DNA of 64,000 bases from Schmidtea polychroa. Its lineage: Eukaryota. Shown here piece by piece: positions 28,011-40,656 of this stretch; position 1 is the stretch's first letter; every line of letters begins with the position of its first letter. The notes under the pieces are model-generated. The model did not search any database and was not told where the DNA came from. It saw only the letters and a list, made by a program, of their open reading frames with translations. The DNA is taken from contig CM097887.1 of NCBI GenBank assembly GCA_044892525.1, forward strand, positions 87,088,397 through 87,152,396. The letters are read 5' to 3'. Made by a program: the position numbers and the translations under genes.

Positions 28011-31000
28011 TTCATTGCTTGTGGTACTTTCAAATCTGTTGCAATCTTCATCAATTTTATCCAAGCTTCTCATAGCACCAACTCTTAAATCTCTAGACGA
28101 GGACGTGATAGATTTGCTTTCTTCTGAAGACTTCATCAATTGCATCCCACTTGGACTAGTACTAGAATGATTAAATTTCGTTACTTGTATTTGATAAAGA
28201 TTATAATTTAAATAATATTCAGGTCATATCGACAGGTAAGCATGGGCGTCCCCTGAATTTCCGAAAAAAATTCTATTTTTCGATTAATTTAAACACATTT
28301 TAATAAATGCGCTCAAACAATGTTGGGAAAACCCAAGACAAAAAAAATTAATAAAAAAATCTAATTTAAAAAGGTTTCCTGTTTTTTTAATGTTATTTAT
28401 TATATCTGGAAATCAATTATTTCAAATCGTCTTATTTTTATAAAAACTGTCAATATTAACTGACGTTCTGGTTTAAAAAAAGTGTTCTATCTTGTAAATA
28501 AACGAAAAAAAGTCCTATTTTGTATAATGCCCAAATATTTATTACACCTAATTCCGAAATTTAATAACTTCTATAACTTTAAAAAAATCAATAAATTTAT
28601 AGTATAGGAACACACAAACTTACCTGTGTGTAGAAATTTATTGTTCCGAAATTTAATAACTTTATTATAGGATTTGTGAAGGTGAGCGAAAAATAATTGA
28701 ACACACCAACACAAAACACATAATGAAAAATGCATGCAAATTTATTATAGCTTTTTTGTTTCGAAATAAATAACCATTAACATATTGTTAACATATTGTT
28801 AAAATATAATTATTTTGAAATTATTAAAAAATTTTGTAGGAAAATACTTTTAATTTAGAATCCGACAGCTGTACCTTGAGCTTCAGAGAAAACGTAGGAA
28901 ATACATCGTAAAATTCAATTATAAAATAATTTAGAATATAAACTCTTTAGATTTACAGATATTTCTCAGGATACATTGCCTTTTCGTGAAGGTGGAAATC
29001 TGACAATGTAAGATTTATTCATTAAATTACAAAACATTAGAATTTGCAGAAAGAAATTCACAATTCGTAAATTTAAATAAACTATTTCATTATAAAATTA
29101 TAAAAATTATAAAATTCAGCCTTTCCTTCTTTCCAAATTGTATTAAAAAATAAATGTCTTCGGTGATTAGTTAATTTATTTATAATCAAAAATATATCTA
29201 ACTTACATTTTATTGAAATAATTCCAAATAAATTCATAAAATGTCAAAATTCCTAAAAAAAACACCTGAAATTTAATTTTTAATATGTTATATTATAAAT
29301 GCTGAATAACAGTAATATTTAAGAACTTGAATAAAGATCTCATAATTATATAAAATCAAAATTCAAGTCTTAAAGTTACCTGAAATTATTTAAATTATTT
29401 TTAAAACCATTTTTAAGAAATTGAATAAATGAAATTGAATAACTTCATTTTCACGTAAATGGTGACTCACCTCAACTGGTGTGCACACCAACGTGAATTA
29501 TAGAGGTTACTAAATTTCGGAATTGGGTGTATACACATGCATTTTTTTCAACTCTCTTCCCCCTAGAAAAATTGTGTACTTGGTAAAAAAAATATTTTTG
29601 CCCCCCCTTGGAAAAATTCCTGCGGACGCCCATGTATATAAGTATTTTCTTATTTGACCTTTACGAAGAAATGCTATATAAAAAGATCAGCATAGATGAT
29701 TCGCATATTGCTCATCTTTTTAATTAATTCATCAGAATAGGTTCAATGAGACATAAGGACAAAAAATTAAATGAGTTTAATCAATGATGATAGTTGAAAT
29801 TCTTTTGTTGTTAAAATATATTGAATGAAATTGGGGTATTTCGATGAAAATTACTTCATTTATAGAATTAGCTCTAGTTTTGCAGATTGTAACTACCTTC
29901 ACACATCTATGATTTTTATTGTACACCAAAACGCAATTGATTATCATTAATGAGACATTTAATTAGAAATTTCAATTGAGCTATGTTTTGGTTTTATTTA
30001 TAATATAAGTTTTTATGTTTAATTTATGAAAAAAAGCAGGATATTTATTTATTTAAATATACATAAAATTTTTCACAGTTCACTTAAAATATCTTGTTTC
30101 TTCAAGCATTTAGGGAAGAATCTTTTAATATGATCATAGTAATTTTTCAAATTACTATAATCTGGTTTTCGAAGTTACTTGATAACTGCTTGGGATATTG
30201 CAGTAAATCTATCATTGAAGGTCATCCTGCTAAATCCATTAGCCGAGGAAACTTTAGTTCTTAACTTTTTAATTTTGCTGAACACACTTTCGATGGGGTT
30301 CAAAAATGGACTATATGGAGGCAACTTTTCAATTTGATTATTCCATGAAGATATATTATTGTGGATGGATGCATTATCGTGGATCAAAATGATGCATAAA
30401 TTCCCTTACCAGTTTTCTGTTGTAATATCAGATCAAAATATGAAAAATATATCATGGGAGACTGTCTTTGTATTCGGTGTAGCACACGCATAGTAGTGCC
30501 TTGGCTTCGTCCACATCGTGGACAGTTATCCACCACTCTACTTTGGCGATGTCTACGGCGGTTGCGCATGATTGTTCTTCGATCAAAGTCGAATCAACGC
30601 GCAAATTCATTAAGAGACAAACCTTCCGAATGTAGTGAATGGGTGTTGCTACATGATTTTGGCATTGTGTTTAATATGTGGATATAATGACTAGTCCAAG
30701 AAAAATAGCCACCCAAGCACATCTCTTCTTGTTGTAGATTGAGTCTCATTCCCACATTTATTGCTCCATCAAACATGAGTAGTAACTTTTTTCATTGATT
30801 TCTTTGATTTTTTATGGGTAGAAGCATTAATTATGCACAGATTAGTATATTGTAACCGTTGAAAAATGTATTTAATGTGATTCAAATGTGATTAAAATGT
30901 TTACACATATTTGCTTGATACACTTAGGAATCATTCACAAATTATGTAATTTAAAAAATGAATACCTTTGAACACTCTTTGTCAAAAATAGTAAATTTAT

Positions 31001-32194
31001 TCCCTTGGGCCATACCATTACAGACATAAAAATAAGAGAAGCATTTAAATATTAATTCAAAAATAATATTAAATTATAAAAATTAAATTTATTTTAATTT
31101 TTAAATTGAGTTGAATAATAGATATTTAAAATTAGATTTCTTTCTTATTAATGTCAATTCGTCGGCAAAATACAATTGTGTATAATAGATAAATTTCTTT
31201 ACTTTAAGACAAATTTCTACGCCTGAAACATATTTTATTTATGGAAAATGTGGTCCTTTGTTTGTAATTGAATCATAAATACTCATAAGTTTATATTATT
31301 TTCTTTAATCTTTAATCTATCTATGTATTTTCTAAAGTAATCAATTATAAAAATATTATTAATAAATAAATCGATTTCTAAATTGTCAAAATGTTTTGAT
31401 AAACAAAAATTATACATTATTTTATATATGCTATGTAACTTCACAGAATAGGTATACTGTATGTGTATAAATATCTGTACTCAATGCCTAGGTATAATAT
31501 TAATATTAACAGGTATAACATTAGGTAGGTTAAATCCAAAAAATGTAAATATCTTTTGTTAAATATTAAACTCGTAATTTTATACGTGAAAAAAAAATCT
31601 TTCAGCATAATTTAATATATATAATCAACATAAAAATAATGCAAAATAATAGTAAATTTATAAGTTACTTGGCATAGAGATGCACTGGTTCACTGATTTC
31701 ATCAACAGTTTCTTGACTGCTGCTTGGATAGTTACATAATTCTTTCTTTTGTACATCCACGTTGGACTTTTGAAGGAGTATTTGTACCCACAAATCACGG
31801 TCATGGTAGTCATTGGTGCCGAATGTATACTGCTGTTGGGTAGCCGTCTGCCAATGATGGAATGGAATGTCATAATTATAAACCCATTACCACACACATA
31901 CTTTCACATAGAATACGAACGGGCAGCCTATATAATTGTTGCATGATCTAACTTCAGTAATGAGGCAGCAAAATAAAGACAGGTGAGGTTTGTCAACCTA
32001 ATAAATTTATCAGAATATTAAATTTTTATTATAAAAATCAGTCTGGCAGTGAATAAATCATTTTTTCATGTTAACAAAGTGCATTGATATCTGTTTATAA
32101 TTTGATTGTCTGCAGATTTTACAACCGAATGATGAGAAAAATTCAATTTAGACGGAAAAATTATCATTATGTCAATTTTTTAACAATTAAACAG

Positions 32195-32250
<56 letters not shown>

Positions 32251-35200
32251 CGAGAGGTTTAAAGGCCAATTTATCAGTTTCACATAACCTTTTATTCGGC
32301 CAGACCGCAAAAACTGTTTATTTCCACTACAGTTTAAGAACTTTTCTGGTTTCCTTGTTTAAGATTTCTAGCTCTATCAAAAAACAAATTTTTGATAATA
32401 TGGAAAATATTGTTTAAATAAATAAAGCGAGGAAATAATAAAATGAATAATATTAATGAATAATAACATATTGAATTAGTGAAAGACATGAAATTTCTTT
32501 GCAGTTCAGACAATAATTTGACTTGCACCACAACAAGATTTGGTTCAATGACGGCAAGGAAATAATCGTTAATAACTTTGTCTGATCTAGAGTTGTTATC
32601 GATTAGTATTATAATATTATTATTAAACAAGTAAATGATAAGATAAGCTTTGTCTGCAAAATATTTATTAAATTAAATGACAAAATATTTGATTATCTCT
32701 GAGATTAAAAAGGGTTATATAAATAATCGAAATATTTGTCATGATATGAAAGACAAAGCATTGCGAAAATGTTCCATTTATAAGACCTAGAAACTAACAA
32801 AGTTGTAATAGTACCGCTACGACTGTGTATTTCAGTGTGCTAGTAATTCGTAAGTGTGGTGTGTTCATGTGCGGTTAGCAATAAAAAGTTACCTGTTAGC
32901 AACTAGATAGCGGGTGGTTACGTGTTCAAAGATAAATTTTTGACATCAGAGGTTAAGGAGCAATTATTACATAAGAGGTTAAAAGTGAATTATTATGCAA
33001 GGTGGCAATGCACAATTATTATGTCGTCGTGAATAAGTTATGAAATTATGTATTGCCCTACCCCAGTGTACCCCTATAAATATTACTTAATACTGTATAG
33101 CCTGCTATATTTGGCTTGGTTTATACTTCTCATTTGCAGTAGCGGATTAAGGGGGCTGATCGGGCTAAAGCCAGGGGCCCCCAATTTTTAGGGAAGGGAA
33201 TATTCAAGTGATTTCGAAGACTGCTTTCCTTCAGAGTTAGTTCAATTTTCCGAGCTCTTCAAGACAGTTATTGTCCAGTCCCAGGGCCAGGGTCAAGGGC
33301 AGGAAGAAGCATAATTCGAACCTCAAAACACATGCACAGAGCTAAAAATGTTGCTGTTTTTGAATGAGCTAAATTTTACACAGTCTTTCCCGAATGTTCA
33401 CGTCGCACTTCGCATCTATCTCTCAGTGATGACATCAAACTACAGCGGAGAAAGATCATTTTCAAAGTTGAAAAGAATAAAAAATGTAGTTAGAAATTGC
33501 ATGGGACAACAAAGGCTGAGTCTGCTCTCTCTAATGAGCATCAAAAGTGAAATTGTAAGCTCACTTAGCTTTACTGCCATAATTGGTAACTTCGCCATGA
33601 GAAAAGTTCGCGAGCGTAGGTTCTAGGTTGAAATATATAGTCTAATAATAAATATTTTAATGAAGTGTGAATTCATTTAACATTTAATTTAATTTTTTTT
33701 AACTCTGCCTTACAAGTTACAGTCTTACATTAGCTGCTAGCAATCATTTTATATGGACGCTGGACTGCATCGGGCCCCAGTTTGAATTGCAGCCAGGGGC
33801 CCCGTACAAGCTTAATCCGCCCCTGCTCATTTGTCACTACTTAGCTAGTATTTAATCAACTGTTTAGTCGTGAGGAACCGCTAGGGTAACAATATTTTTA
33901 TGCCCAAGTAGTGGCTACTGGGACATCACAATATTGTTGCAAAATAAGCACCATACAGCTTTATCAATTGTTCATTAATTATACATTAATTGCTTCATTT
34001 TTGCAGTATACTCAATACATTTATAATATAAGTTGAAATAAGTTTTATTTATTTTATCTTAATAATTTTCAACCCTAAAATTTTAGATTCAAATGATTGC
34101 AACTAATTTATCAACACAAAAGCAAATAAATGTTTATTTTATAAAATAAACTCGGTGTATTGAAAAATGAGCGACTAATTAAAATATCTCAAAAAATGAT
34201 CTCCGAAAAGTGTATTAGCAAATTCTAAATCCTGTCAATGTCGACAGTTACGATCAATAAGTTTTCCCTTGGCTACTCGTTTAAAAAGTGTCTTCAAGAA
34301 TGCAAAAACTCCGAGTATTGAATGGAGTTAAAACTGATATATATCAAAATATCAACCACATTCGGTCGTCAATGGAAACAAATTTAGGGCCCAGTTTAAA
34401 ATCAATATTGATAAATTTTGATTAAAACGACAGCAAATTAATATAATTGATATATACAATAGGAAATAAATGAAAATTCCATATCCTAAAATTTTAAAAT
34501 GGAATATCAAATTGAAAATTGGAAAATTAATACATGTGTGTTTACTCTTTCTTTTCATTTTAATAAGACAATAAAAGAGATAATAAAAACCTCTGGAGGT
34601 GAATTAACTTGAATAATGGCACCCGCAGATATAGACAGCATACATAATCTCGACTCTCTCCAGCTACTGTCATTTGTCATCAATTCTCTGACTATTCCAC
34701 TTTTAATAATATCGATAGGCATTCTGTGAATAAAATGAAATTCTGTAGTTATTTTTCACTACGTTTTCAATATGTGAGTCACATACTTTATGGCAAACGT
34801 TGAAGTCGTTTCAGAATCGACTTGGCGCAAACCTTGGCGATAATTCTCAACATTAATGAAAGACAATTGATTATTGACCTCTGAACTGTACGCTAACTCG
34901 TTGGAGTTTCGCTTTTTTTTCTGCTTCCGCAATGAAAAACTAGAAAATAGAGATTTAAAGGCACTCTTTTGACCATCTCTTCTCTGTTGTAAAACATGAA
35001 GATTTTGTGATTCAGGCTTTTTGCTGTCTCCTGACAAAAATCAAACTAATTTCACATATATAAAGATTTATAATTGAAAATTAGTTTGATTCAGAATATT
35101 GAAGCTGTATTTGTGGGATATTTTATCCATTAACACATCTACTGCGCACGCCGTAGCATATACGGTTATAGAGCATATACGGTGATTCTATGCGCAGTGA

Positions 35201-38200
35201 ATGTGTTAATTTTTATAAATAAAATATTATTTATATTTGGTACAGTTAGATTTTTATCCTAGATTTGGAATTTATGAGTACTTTGAAAATCGCTGAACTT
35301 AAATTTTTACCAATAAATCATTTAAAACTTTATGTCCTATGTACTATGATTACCACCTTTACCTGAATTTAGAAAAATTTATAAAGGATTTCTTAAATTT
35401 TGCTTAATTTTTTAATGCATGAGAAATATTCCATGATTGAGTTATTTTAGGTGACTGATGCAACGGTATATTTAATTACCTTCTGTACCAGATATTCAAC
35501 CTAATCCTATTGTTGAAATTCAACATGAATATTGATTGGAGAAGGACACCTTAAAATGTCATTGTAATAAAAACAGTTAGCTAAGTAATAAGAATTATCG
35601 ACTTCGATACTACTGACAATCAAAACTGTATTAAAGTAGATATTTTGTGGCAGTTGCTTTTAAACTATGGATTGCTAGGATATTTTTTTCGATTGTAGCA
35701 AATATTGAAACTAATAATTTCTTATTTATATAACAAACCATGAAATGATATGTTAATAATTTTAAATGTGATTTTCCTGCAATGAGACTGCAATTTAAGT
35801 TTTTGATAGATCTGAGTTAAAGTCAGTTGATGTTTCATTAACATATCTTCGTTGTGACCTATAATTTTGACCTTTTCCCTAGATTAACGGTTGTAGACAC
35901 GTAAAATTATTTTTAATCGTGAATACGACTATCTCATTGCTTTATTTTCTAATATGCGCCTAGTTATTTTATTTCTATTGCAATTACAAGACGTCAATTC
36001 ACATTTCATATACCAGCTTTATTGAAAATACAACAAACCACATTTCAATAAATAAATAAAAGATGCAGTGATTTATCACTCGATTGGAGTTTTTAACTCA
36101 AAGCAGCAGTTAACTCGTTACTCTTGTTATGTGCATCCAGTTATTTTTCTGGCGGAGGTTTATTTTAAAAATTATGTGAGCGGTATAGTCTCGTGGTTCT
36201 TTACACAATCAAGCAATGAAATTGTTCGAGACTTGTAGATTTTTATCCAACAACACTTCCTATCTAATGGATGAAACCAAGTTGAAGTCAAAGACAATTA
36301 ATATATGTAAGATTATTGAAAAAACGTAAAAAATTTGCCTATTTCGTTAACGGAGGCTATGAATCATAACTTATGAAACACAACAAACCAAATAAAAATT
36401 GGACGCTTTCATATTGCATTTGTGTTTTTTTAATGTTCTTCTAAAAATAGTATTTAAATTTATTGTAATTTGTATATTGTCGATTGCTTGACAAAATCTC
36501 AAAAGAATGAGACTTGTCAATGAAGATGATTTTCTACCAGCTGAACTGACAACTGGAACGGAGTCTGCAGAATAATATGATTCAGTCGAGTTTTACGATA
36601 ATCAACTAGATGAACCATTTGAACTTGAACATCATAGAGACCAACATGAACGCCTAGATAACTTGGAACCAAACGGACTAGATTTAGCTGTTTTGATTGA
36701 TGTAGAGCATTGGTCGTGACAAATAATTTAAGGACAGAACTTGTTAGACGTGGTGCATCATAGAGTTTGCACGGTTCGGTTAACCGGAAACCGAAACCGC
36801 GGTTTTCGTCTCAAAAAACCGTAACCGGAAACCGTCTGCAGAAACCGCGGTTTTCGGTTTTCAAAAAATATTTCATTTAAAGCTACGTAAAATAAAAAAA
36901 TTCTCTCAAAATATTAATTTTGCCTGATTGTATGCAATTTTTCATACTTTATAGTAAGTCGGAATCCATGCCCACCAGTCAGAATCCATGCCCACTATAA
37001 AATTATAGCTGTCAAATAAATTTGTAAAAACTTTAAAATTGATTACAAATTAAAATTTATAATTCATTAATTTACTTTCTTGGATTGTATAATTGGATAA
37101 TTATTTTGATTCTTGTTGAATTTATTGAATGATTTGATGTAAATTATAGGTTGTTTATACGTATTATATATTGTTTTAAAACTATAGGTGAGTAGGTAAT
37201 TAAAATTTTGAATATGTACTTATATAATTCTTTTAAGATAATACGTAGATTTGTATTACTAAACAAATTTTTGAAACACTTTCAGTGGCCAAATAAACCC
37301 TCAAATGATGTCATCAACGGTTTGGGAATATTTTATAAAAATGCCAGCATCAAACAAATCCGACAATAAAGCAAAATGTAATAAATGTGGAGTATAAATA
37401 ACTAATTCGAACGGATCGACTTCTGCTATGATAAACCACATGCGAAATATCCACAAAATTTCTTGCAAAAGAACCGCTGTTGCGAGCACAAGTGCGTTAA
37501 TACAAAAACAATTTTCAATTATGTTCCAAAGCTAACACTTGGTGAGATTGTGGACGAGTTGGCCACAAAAGATGGTTTTACTATTCGTGGAATAACAAAT
37601 TCTAATTTTATTCGAAAGGCTGTTAGTGATAAGGGGTTTCAATTACCAAAAAGCGAAAATGGGACAATGGCGCTTATTCATTTTGAATATGAGAAAAAGA
37701 AAAAAATGTATATAAACTTTTTTGACCAAGAAAAACAAAAGGGAGAGAAATTTAGTATCACTTTGGACGAATGGGTTAGCTCACGACAGCGTCGTTATAT
37801 GAACATCAATGCACATAATAAAGAAGGAAAAGTAATGAATCTTGGATTAGTCAGGATTTTTGGATCTTGTAACGCAGCCAACAAGTTGTATTTCAACAAG
37901 TTGTACCCACAAAAGAAAATTTAAGTTTTGGCACTCGTTTATTGAATAGGTTGTATCCAAACCAAATCGATAATTGTGAAGAATTTCTGTGTGAAACCAA
38001 TTCTCCAACTGATCAGAATATTACATTTACATCTTTATCAGATGAAATAAATGCTGCTATTAATTCTGCTGCAAAAGAAGTAGCTGCAAAGCCATTTAGT
38101 TCTCTTAAAGATGAATTTGCTATATATAAGAAAACAGGCAAAAGAACAACAGTTCTTCAACAACTATACGATGCTATTTTAACAGTACGCCCAACGTCTA

Positions 38201-40656
38201 CAGAATCGGAGCGGGTATTTTCCACGTCTTCGAACTTTAGTAGAAAATTAAGATCACGCCTTAGTGATTATTCGCTTAATTCTTTAGTATTTTTGAAACA
38301 TTATCGAATAAATAATAGTTCTTAATTAACTAAATAACAAAAATCTACAATAATGCAATATAATTTTGGTTATTGTATTCCAATAACAGCTAAATGAAAT
38401 TTTCTATTTTATTTATTTTAATTTTTATTTATATTAGTTGTACAAATGTACGATTACATACATATACTAATATTACTGAACTATAGTATATGTATAAACA
38501 AAATACTATTAATTATCTGTGTTATTTTATATTCTCTGTGAACAATGTAAGTGAATTAGAAATTCATATCTGCATTGTCGACAGAATAGGAATATTGTTA
38601 TATTATTTATTAAACAACATTATTACTATTTTATATGTTGCAGCTATGATTTTATTATATATATTTCTTGTATGAAATACATTATACTTTTAAATAGAAA
38701 TATATTATTGAAAAAGCAATAAATATACTTATGCCTTTTTATTTCCTTTTACTTTTTTAGAAACCGAAAACCAGTGTTTCTCAAATTTGAAAAACCGAAA
38801 ACCGCGGTTTGCAAAAACCGGTTTTTTTGCAAACTCTAGTGCATCAGTTATCCACAATTTGAGTGGGCCATTTACAGTAATTGAGAGGCAGTTTTTGAAT
38901 AGCGCACACGAATTAAGGTCAATGACAACAAAATTGTTTTTCAAAAAAATTCGAAACAACTGCATAGGAGTGTATATGTTGCTAAATATATCGAAAACAT
39001 TAGGTAACTTTAACAAACTTAAGTGTCAATAAAGTATGTTAGTATGCAGCGCCGTGCTGTAACTTTTGGTCTCCCTGTGCAAACACTAAAAAAAAATTTT
39101 TTATTTTATTGCATTTACTTTTATTGATTTTAAATAAAAAAAATAATACAAAGAAATTATAAAGCAATTTTTCTAGCTCTTGAAAAAAACAACAGAATTA
39201 TTAGGTATATTTGTTTCAAATTAAATCGTAGCCAACTAGATTTGTTTGAAAGTTAAACGAATTTTGAATTTTCATCTTTGTTTTTTTCTTTCAATTCGTT
39301 ATATTTTTTTGCTATTGGAGAAGGTTTTCTAATGTATTTAATATTTGGGGGCCCCTCAAAAATAGGGAGCCCGGTGTGATTGCACTTGTCATAGTATGGC
39401 GCTGTTAGTATGTTGCAATATGTAAAATGGTAAAGGTTTAAAAAATATCCTAAATAGTCAGTCAAAAATTCACTATTAAAACTCAATTAACTAAATTAAA
39501 ATGGACAAAGGTGGCACTTTTTATTTTCGCATCAGTTAGCACTTTACCTCACTACACCACTGGCTGCAATGGAACAATTATAGATGAAGACAACAAATTG
39601 TCAATTTTTTTATTGTTTATTATGAACTGCTAGTAACTATTTAACCAGTATCTTCATACATTTTTTCATTTTGACAAAAGATCGAATATTTTTTATTACA
39701 CTCAGTACCAGGGGCAGCTCGTGACTTTAAAACTAGGTGGGCCACTAGGATCGAAATTCGAGAGTCCGTTTTTTTCAAAAAACTAAACTATATATTTTAC
39801 TAACATTTTATGCAAGGATACATATTGTAATAATTTTAGGGGGTTTAAGCTGACAACCACGGGACAAAGAGAGATAAAGGACTTCCCGAAACGAATTAGA
39901 ACCGGTTTAACACATTGAGTCACCAAAAATATGAAATTTATTCTTTTATTTAAAAGACATTTGTGCTGAGTAAAAAACAATATTTGATCTTTTGTGAAAA
40001 TGAAAATAAATGAAATTTCAAGAAAACTGATCAAAGTTGACTAAAAAATTTAAGAATTTTGAATTTGTTAACATAATGTAAAATTTAATTATATTTTATA
40101 TTATTAAAGTTTAAGACTTAGTTTAAAAAGTTAATTTTTAATATAATTTTATATAAAAGTTTGAATTTTATTTTCAGAGGTTGAATTTGGAGTGTTTAAC
40201 CTAATTTTGAATTAATAAAATATCAAAATAGTAATTTTCGTTAATAATAAATTCAAAATTAAATAAATAATTTTGATGTACACATAAATATTTATAAAAA
40301 ACACCCAAATTATGTAATAATAACTTTAAATTAGATAATAAATTAAATAAATCTATTAATCTTAAAATTTTAATTAAATTAATTAAAATCTCACCAATAT
40401 TGACCCCAAATTCATCCAATGTTGATGGCGAAAAATATCTAGTTGATAAAAGAGAAACAAACCGTTTTTGAAAATCTTGAGTAAATATTTCTAGAAATCT
40501 ATCACCTATGCATTCAATATTGTCACTATTTAAATCTCGCATATGACTTTTAAACATAATCACAGCTTCGCGTGAAAGTTTTTTACTGCAGTCATAGCAA
40601 AAATACTCAAACGAATCAAAAGACTTTCTTTTAATATTTCCGTCAAAAGAAGACAT
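27584..40656 (-). CDS. SH2B: SH2B/Lnk-family adaptor (Phe-zipper, PH, SH2), multi-exon; 3' exons not resolved
   Basis: GT-AG exons joined in frame: 40656-40395 (FEYFCYDC...[10 protein letters not shown], dimerisation domain), 35030-34787 (FSLRK), 34723-34591 ([19 protein letters not shown] start), 31997-31902 ([21 protein letters not shown]), 31847-31669 ([15 protein letters not shown]), ~28200-27863 (poly-Asn), 27813-27584 ([12 protein letters not shown]...[25 protein letters not shown]2B-type SH2). Confidence 0.88.
27907..28010. repeat. (TTA)n microsatellite encoding a poly-Asn tract in the SH2B exon
   Basis: About 34 near-perfect TTA units; the minus-strand frame splices in frame into the SH2 exon. 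Confidence 0.9.
28241..29634. mobile_element. Non-autonomous TIR element (hAT-like MITE) in SH2B intron
   Basis: TIR CATGGGCGTCC...GGACGCCCATG with further subterminal similarity. The TSD is degenerate (CAGGTAAG/TATATAAG). Internal inverted TTCCGAAATTTAATAAC repeats. Confidence 0.75.
30175..30800 (-). mobile_element. Tc1/IS630-family transposase remnant
   Basis: HDNASIH...[20 protein letters not shown] (DDE_3 motif) in broken frames. Confidence 0.85.
32197..32247. repeat. (TA)n microsatellite
   Basis: About 25 TA units. Confidence 0.95.
33137..33825 (+). mobile_element. Internally deleted hAT element
   Basis: TIR CAGTAGCGGATTAAG/CTTAATCCGCCCCTG, perfect 8-bp TSD CTCATTTG, and ORF 33348-33626 = hAT dimerisation domain ([24 protein letters not shown]). 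Confidence 0.93.
35134..35205. mobile_element. 72-bp piggyBac-type mini inverted-repeat element
   Basis: TTAA-CACATCTACTGCGCA...TGCGCAGTGAATGTG-TTAA, with an internal AGCATATACGGT direct repeat. Confidence 0.7.
36761..38838 (+). mobile_element. Ac/hobo-like hAT element with BED finger, internally deleted and frameshifted
   Basis: 11-bp TIR TAGAGTTTGCA/TGCAAACTCTA, perfect 8-bp TSD GTGCATCA, AAACCG subterminal repeats. BED finger ([24 protein letters not shown]) at ~37310, ITLDEW motif, and C-terminal [15 protein letters not shown]. Confidence 0.95.
39047..39404. mobile_element. hAT-type MITE (358 bp)
   Basis: TIR CAGCGCCGTGCT/AGTATGGCGCTG and perfect 8-bp TSD TTAGTATG. Confidence 0.9.

Noticed and set aside
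27907-28170. Poly-Leu ORF on the plus strand
   Set aside because: Antisense reading of the TTA microsatellite; the minus-strand poly-Asn frame is the one that splices into SH2B.
32334-32630. 98-aa minus-strand ORF in the SH2B intron as an extra exon
   Set aside because: The flanking exons (34591 to 31997) already join in frame to give a continuous PH domain, and there is no SH2B similarity.
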